IMG/VR virus record: IMGVR_UViG_3300011335_000219 | Span: 1-37,158 of that record | From: a virus | Lineage: Duplodnaviria; Caudoviricetes | Length of the DNA: 37,158 nucleotides | Reading direction: 5' to 3' (one strand) | Shown here: one piece after another, positions 35,341-37,158 of the stretch | How positions within the stretch are numbered: position 1 is the stretch's first letter | Layout of the letters: every line of letters starts with the position of its first letter | Position numbers and translations under genes: made by a program | The notes under the pieces: model-generated | The model's database searches: none | Seen by the model: the letters and a program-made list of their open reading frames with translations, nothing else | Told to the model about the DNA's origin: nothing

Positions 35341-35885
35341 TGTGGGCAATGTGGGCAATAAAAAATTTTGTTTGTGGCCCCTCCGCTGCCGTGACCTTCG
35401 GCGCTCGGCCCTACCCGGGGGCCCTCAAGCAAACGGCAAACGGCCACCGGCCATGAAGCTTACAAACCTTACAATACTTACAGTGTAGTACTTTGGTGGG
35501 GGGCAATGTGGGCAGTGCCCACACTACCCGCAGGCTCGCTGGCCGGTGCCATCGCGCACCAGGTAGCGCACCAGGTAGCGCACCAGGTAGCGCACCAGGT
35601 GGGCATTTGTGGACAATGTGGACAATGTACCCACGCATTTTTAATCGCTGCCCAAACGGGGGGTTGTGAGCATTCGTGAGCCATACACCTACTGTATAGC
35701 TATATAGTATTACAAAAATAAGTATCATCTAGCGTATCATTTAAAGTAGTCCACATTGTCCACAATTACCGGTTTTCACTCTCAACCCCGGTCGATCGCA
35801 CGTTGTCCACAATGAGCCCAAACGCGCCCACAATCGCGCCCACACCAATAACCCCACACAATTGAAGGTCTAAAAATGTGGGCAA
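35341..35885. other. Putative replication origin with oriented TGTGG(A/G)CAA iterons and an AT-rich core
   Basis: About a dozen exact or near copies, mostly forward on the left and reverse on the right of AT-rich 35690-35746. Confidence 0.65.
35554..35600. repeat. Tandem repeat (GCGCACCAGGTA) x ~4
   Basis: Three perfect 12-bp units plus an 11-bp unit. Confidence 0.95.
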
Positions 35886-35914
35886 TTGACAAGTGCAAGG
35901 CAATGCCTTACACT
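35886..35914 (+). promoter_or_regulatory. Sigma70 early promoter with overlapping palindromic operator
   Basis: TTGACA-N17-TACACT; TGCAAGG-N5-CCTTACA at 35894-35912. Confidence 0.8.
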
Positions 35915-35967
35915 ATCTTCACTGGCTTGATTTTGAGCCAGCAACTACAGTACAGAAAGCCCGCAAA

Positions 35968-36201
35968 ATGAAGTTCACACACAATGAGTTTGCCCACATT
36001 GAGCGCACCGTCAGCAAGTTTGACACTATCGCCCGCGTCATGCTCGCATCTGATTCCACCGTTGTCGCTGACGTGCGCGCGCTGGCTTACATCGTGGCTG
36101 AGCTGCGCACCATCGCCGGGCTGATGGCCGACGAAGACCGATCGACGCAGCAAGCTGGCGTTGGCCGCATGTTCAATCTTTTTGCCAACATGCCAAAGTA
36201 A
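35968..36201 (+). CDS. First early protein (77 aa), hypothetical
   Basis: ATG downstream of the early promoter; AGAAAG RBS-like motif. Confidence 0.7.
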   Translation: MKFTHNEFAHIERTVSKFDTIARVMLASDSTVVADVRALAYIVAELRTIAGLMADEDRSTQQAGVGRMFNLFANMPK

Positions 36202-36264
36202 ATTCAACCGCGCGGCCATTGGCCGCGCTCAATTCAATCAAGTCAACTAAACGAAGGGTTCACC

Positions 36265-36927
36265 ATGCAAGTTCACATCACAATGAAGTCCGCCAACGCT
36301 AAAACCGGGCCGATCCCGGTATCCACCACTGAGCGCGCCAGCTGCCCGCCAGACTGCGCGATGCGCGCTGAATGCTACGCGGCCAGCGGGCCGCTGGCGC
36401 TGCATTGGGCAGCTGTGAGCGCGGGCACGCGTGGCACGTCATGGGGTGAATTTTGCGAAACCATCAGCGCGCTGCCTGACGGCCAGCTCTGGCGCCACAA
36501 TCAAGCTGGTGATCTACCCACGGCCGATGGCACGGTTGACGCAGTTAAGCTTGGTCAGCTGGTGGCCGCCAACGCGGGCAAACGCGGTTTTACGTATTCG
36601 CACCATCGCGATGCGGCCAGCATCGCATGGATACGCCACGCCAACGCGTGGGGTTTCACTGTCAATCTGAGCGCGAATGATCTTGCTGACGCTGACGCGC
36701 TGGCCGATCATCAAGCCGGGCCGGTGGTGGTGGTTTTACCATCAACGCAAACCACTAACACCACCACGCCAGCGGGCCGGCCGGTGGTTATCTGCCCGGC
36801 CACACAGCGCGATGATGTGAGCTGTGCCACGTGCCAGCTGTGCCAGCGCCAGCGCGCGGCCATTGTGGGTTTCCCGGCCCATGGCTCGCGCCACCGGGTG
36901 ATTAATCTGCGTCTGGCCAGCGTTTGA
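36265..36927 (+). CDS. Cys-rich early enzyme (DUF7227/Gp88-like, radical-SAM-like motif)
   Basis: NAKTG, SCPPDC..CYA, RHNQAGD, FTYSH, NLSA and CPA...CATCQLC motifs. Confidence 0.75.
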   Translation: MQVHITMKSANAKTGPIPVSTTERASCPPDCAMRAECYAASGPLALHWAAVSAGTRGTSWGEFCETISALPDGQLWRHNQAGDLPTADGTVDAVKLGQLVAANAGKRGFTYSHHRDAASIAWIRHANAWGFTVNLSANDLADADALADHQAGPVVVVLPSTQTTNTTTPAGRPVVICPATQRDDVSCATCQLCQRQRAAIVGFPAHGSRHRVINLRLASV

Positions 36928-36960
36928 CCTAATGCGGCCGTCACTGGCCGCATTGGGGCG

Positions 36961-37158
36961 CGCGTTGCGTCAATCAACTAATCGAAGGGTAATCTATGAA
37001 AACACTAAAATTTAACGTGGGCGACCGGGTGGCATTTGCGCGCCACGTGGTCAAGCGCTTGGGGCACGATAAGCACGTGGCCGATGCGCGCGGCCACGTA
37101 GTGGCCATCGATGGGCCGGTGGTGGCCGTTGATTTTGCGGGCACGTGGGCGCCCCATG
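36961..37158. repeat. Terminal direct repeat, right copy (contains the 5' part of the 36-278 gene from 36996)
   Basis: Matches 1-198 with 3 mismatches. Confidence 0.97.

Noticed and set aside
34858-35358. Longer ORF-track starts (terS 35358, mom 6783, helicase 9315, lysozyme 12513)
   Set aside because: Downstream starts fit RBS, promoter or overlap evidence better
35554-35600. CRISPR-like array
   Set aside because: The 12-bp units abut with no spacers; the Cas4-like nuclease is a standard phage replication gene
35411-35728. ORFs encoding PGAL or CATW repeats
   Set aside because: They are translations of the 12-bp non-coding repeat in the origin region
1-37158. Prophage or temperate lifestyle; tRNA genes
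   Set aside because: No integrase, CI-like repressor, partition genes, host flanks or cloverleaf sequences were recognised

Overview
The window is an essentially complete genome (unit length about 36,960 bp) of a tailed dsDNA podophage. The first 198 bp recur at 36961-37158 with 3 mismatches, so the contig is circular or terminally redundant. Layout: (i) a ~650-bp control/origin region (35310-35960) carrying oriented 9-mer iterons; (ii) a rightward early operon of small proteins that runs across the contig join (35968-37158/1-1571); (iii) a leftward replication operon with a DUF2800/PD-(D/E)XK nuclease, SSB, Mom-like adenine-modifying GNAT, family A DNA polymerase and primase-SF3 helicase; (iv) a divergent VRR-NUC/SNF2 helicase operon with many tiny ORFs; (v) a long leftward P22-like morphogenesis and lysis operon (terS, terL, portal, fibre/spike, scaffold, coat, gp4- and gp10-like tail proteins, ejection proteins, holin, GH24 lysozyme). 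No integrase, tRNA, CRISPR or reverse transcriptase was seen. A freshwater betaproteobacterial host is plausible but is inference only. Most notable observations: both genes translationally coupled to the DNA polymerase (the Mom-like modifier and a small downstream ORF) are each frameshifted by one extra base in a homopolymer (A8, G13), a candidate phase-variable DNA-modification switch; the coat gene has an in-frame TAG; there is a P4-like iteron origin; the scaffold leader is structured; and there is a relic of a replaced tail-fibre accessory gene. The sequence shows signs of base-call errors, so the indels and the stop need read-level checks. All family assignments come from motif recognition, not database searches.
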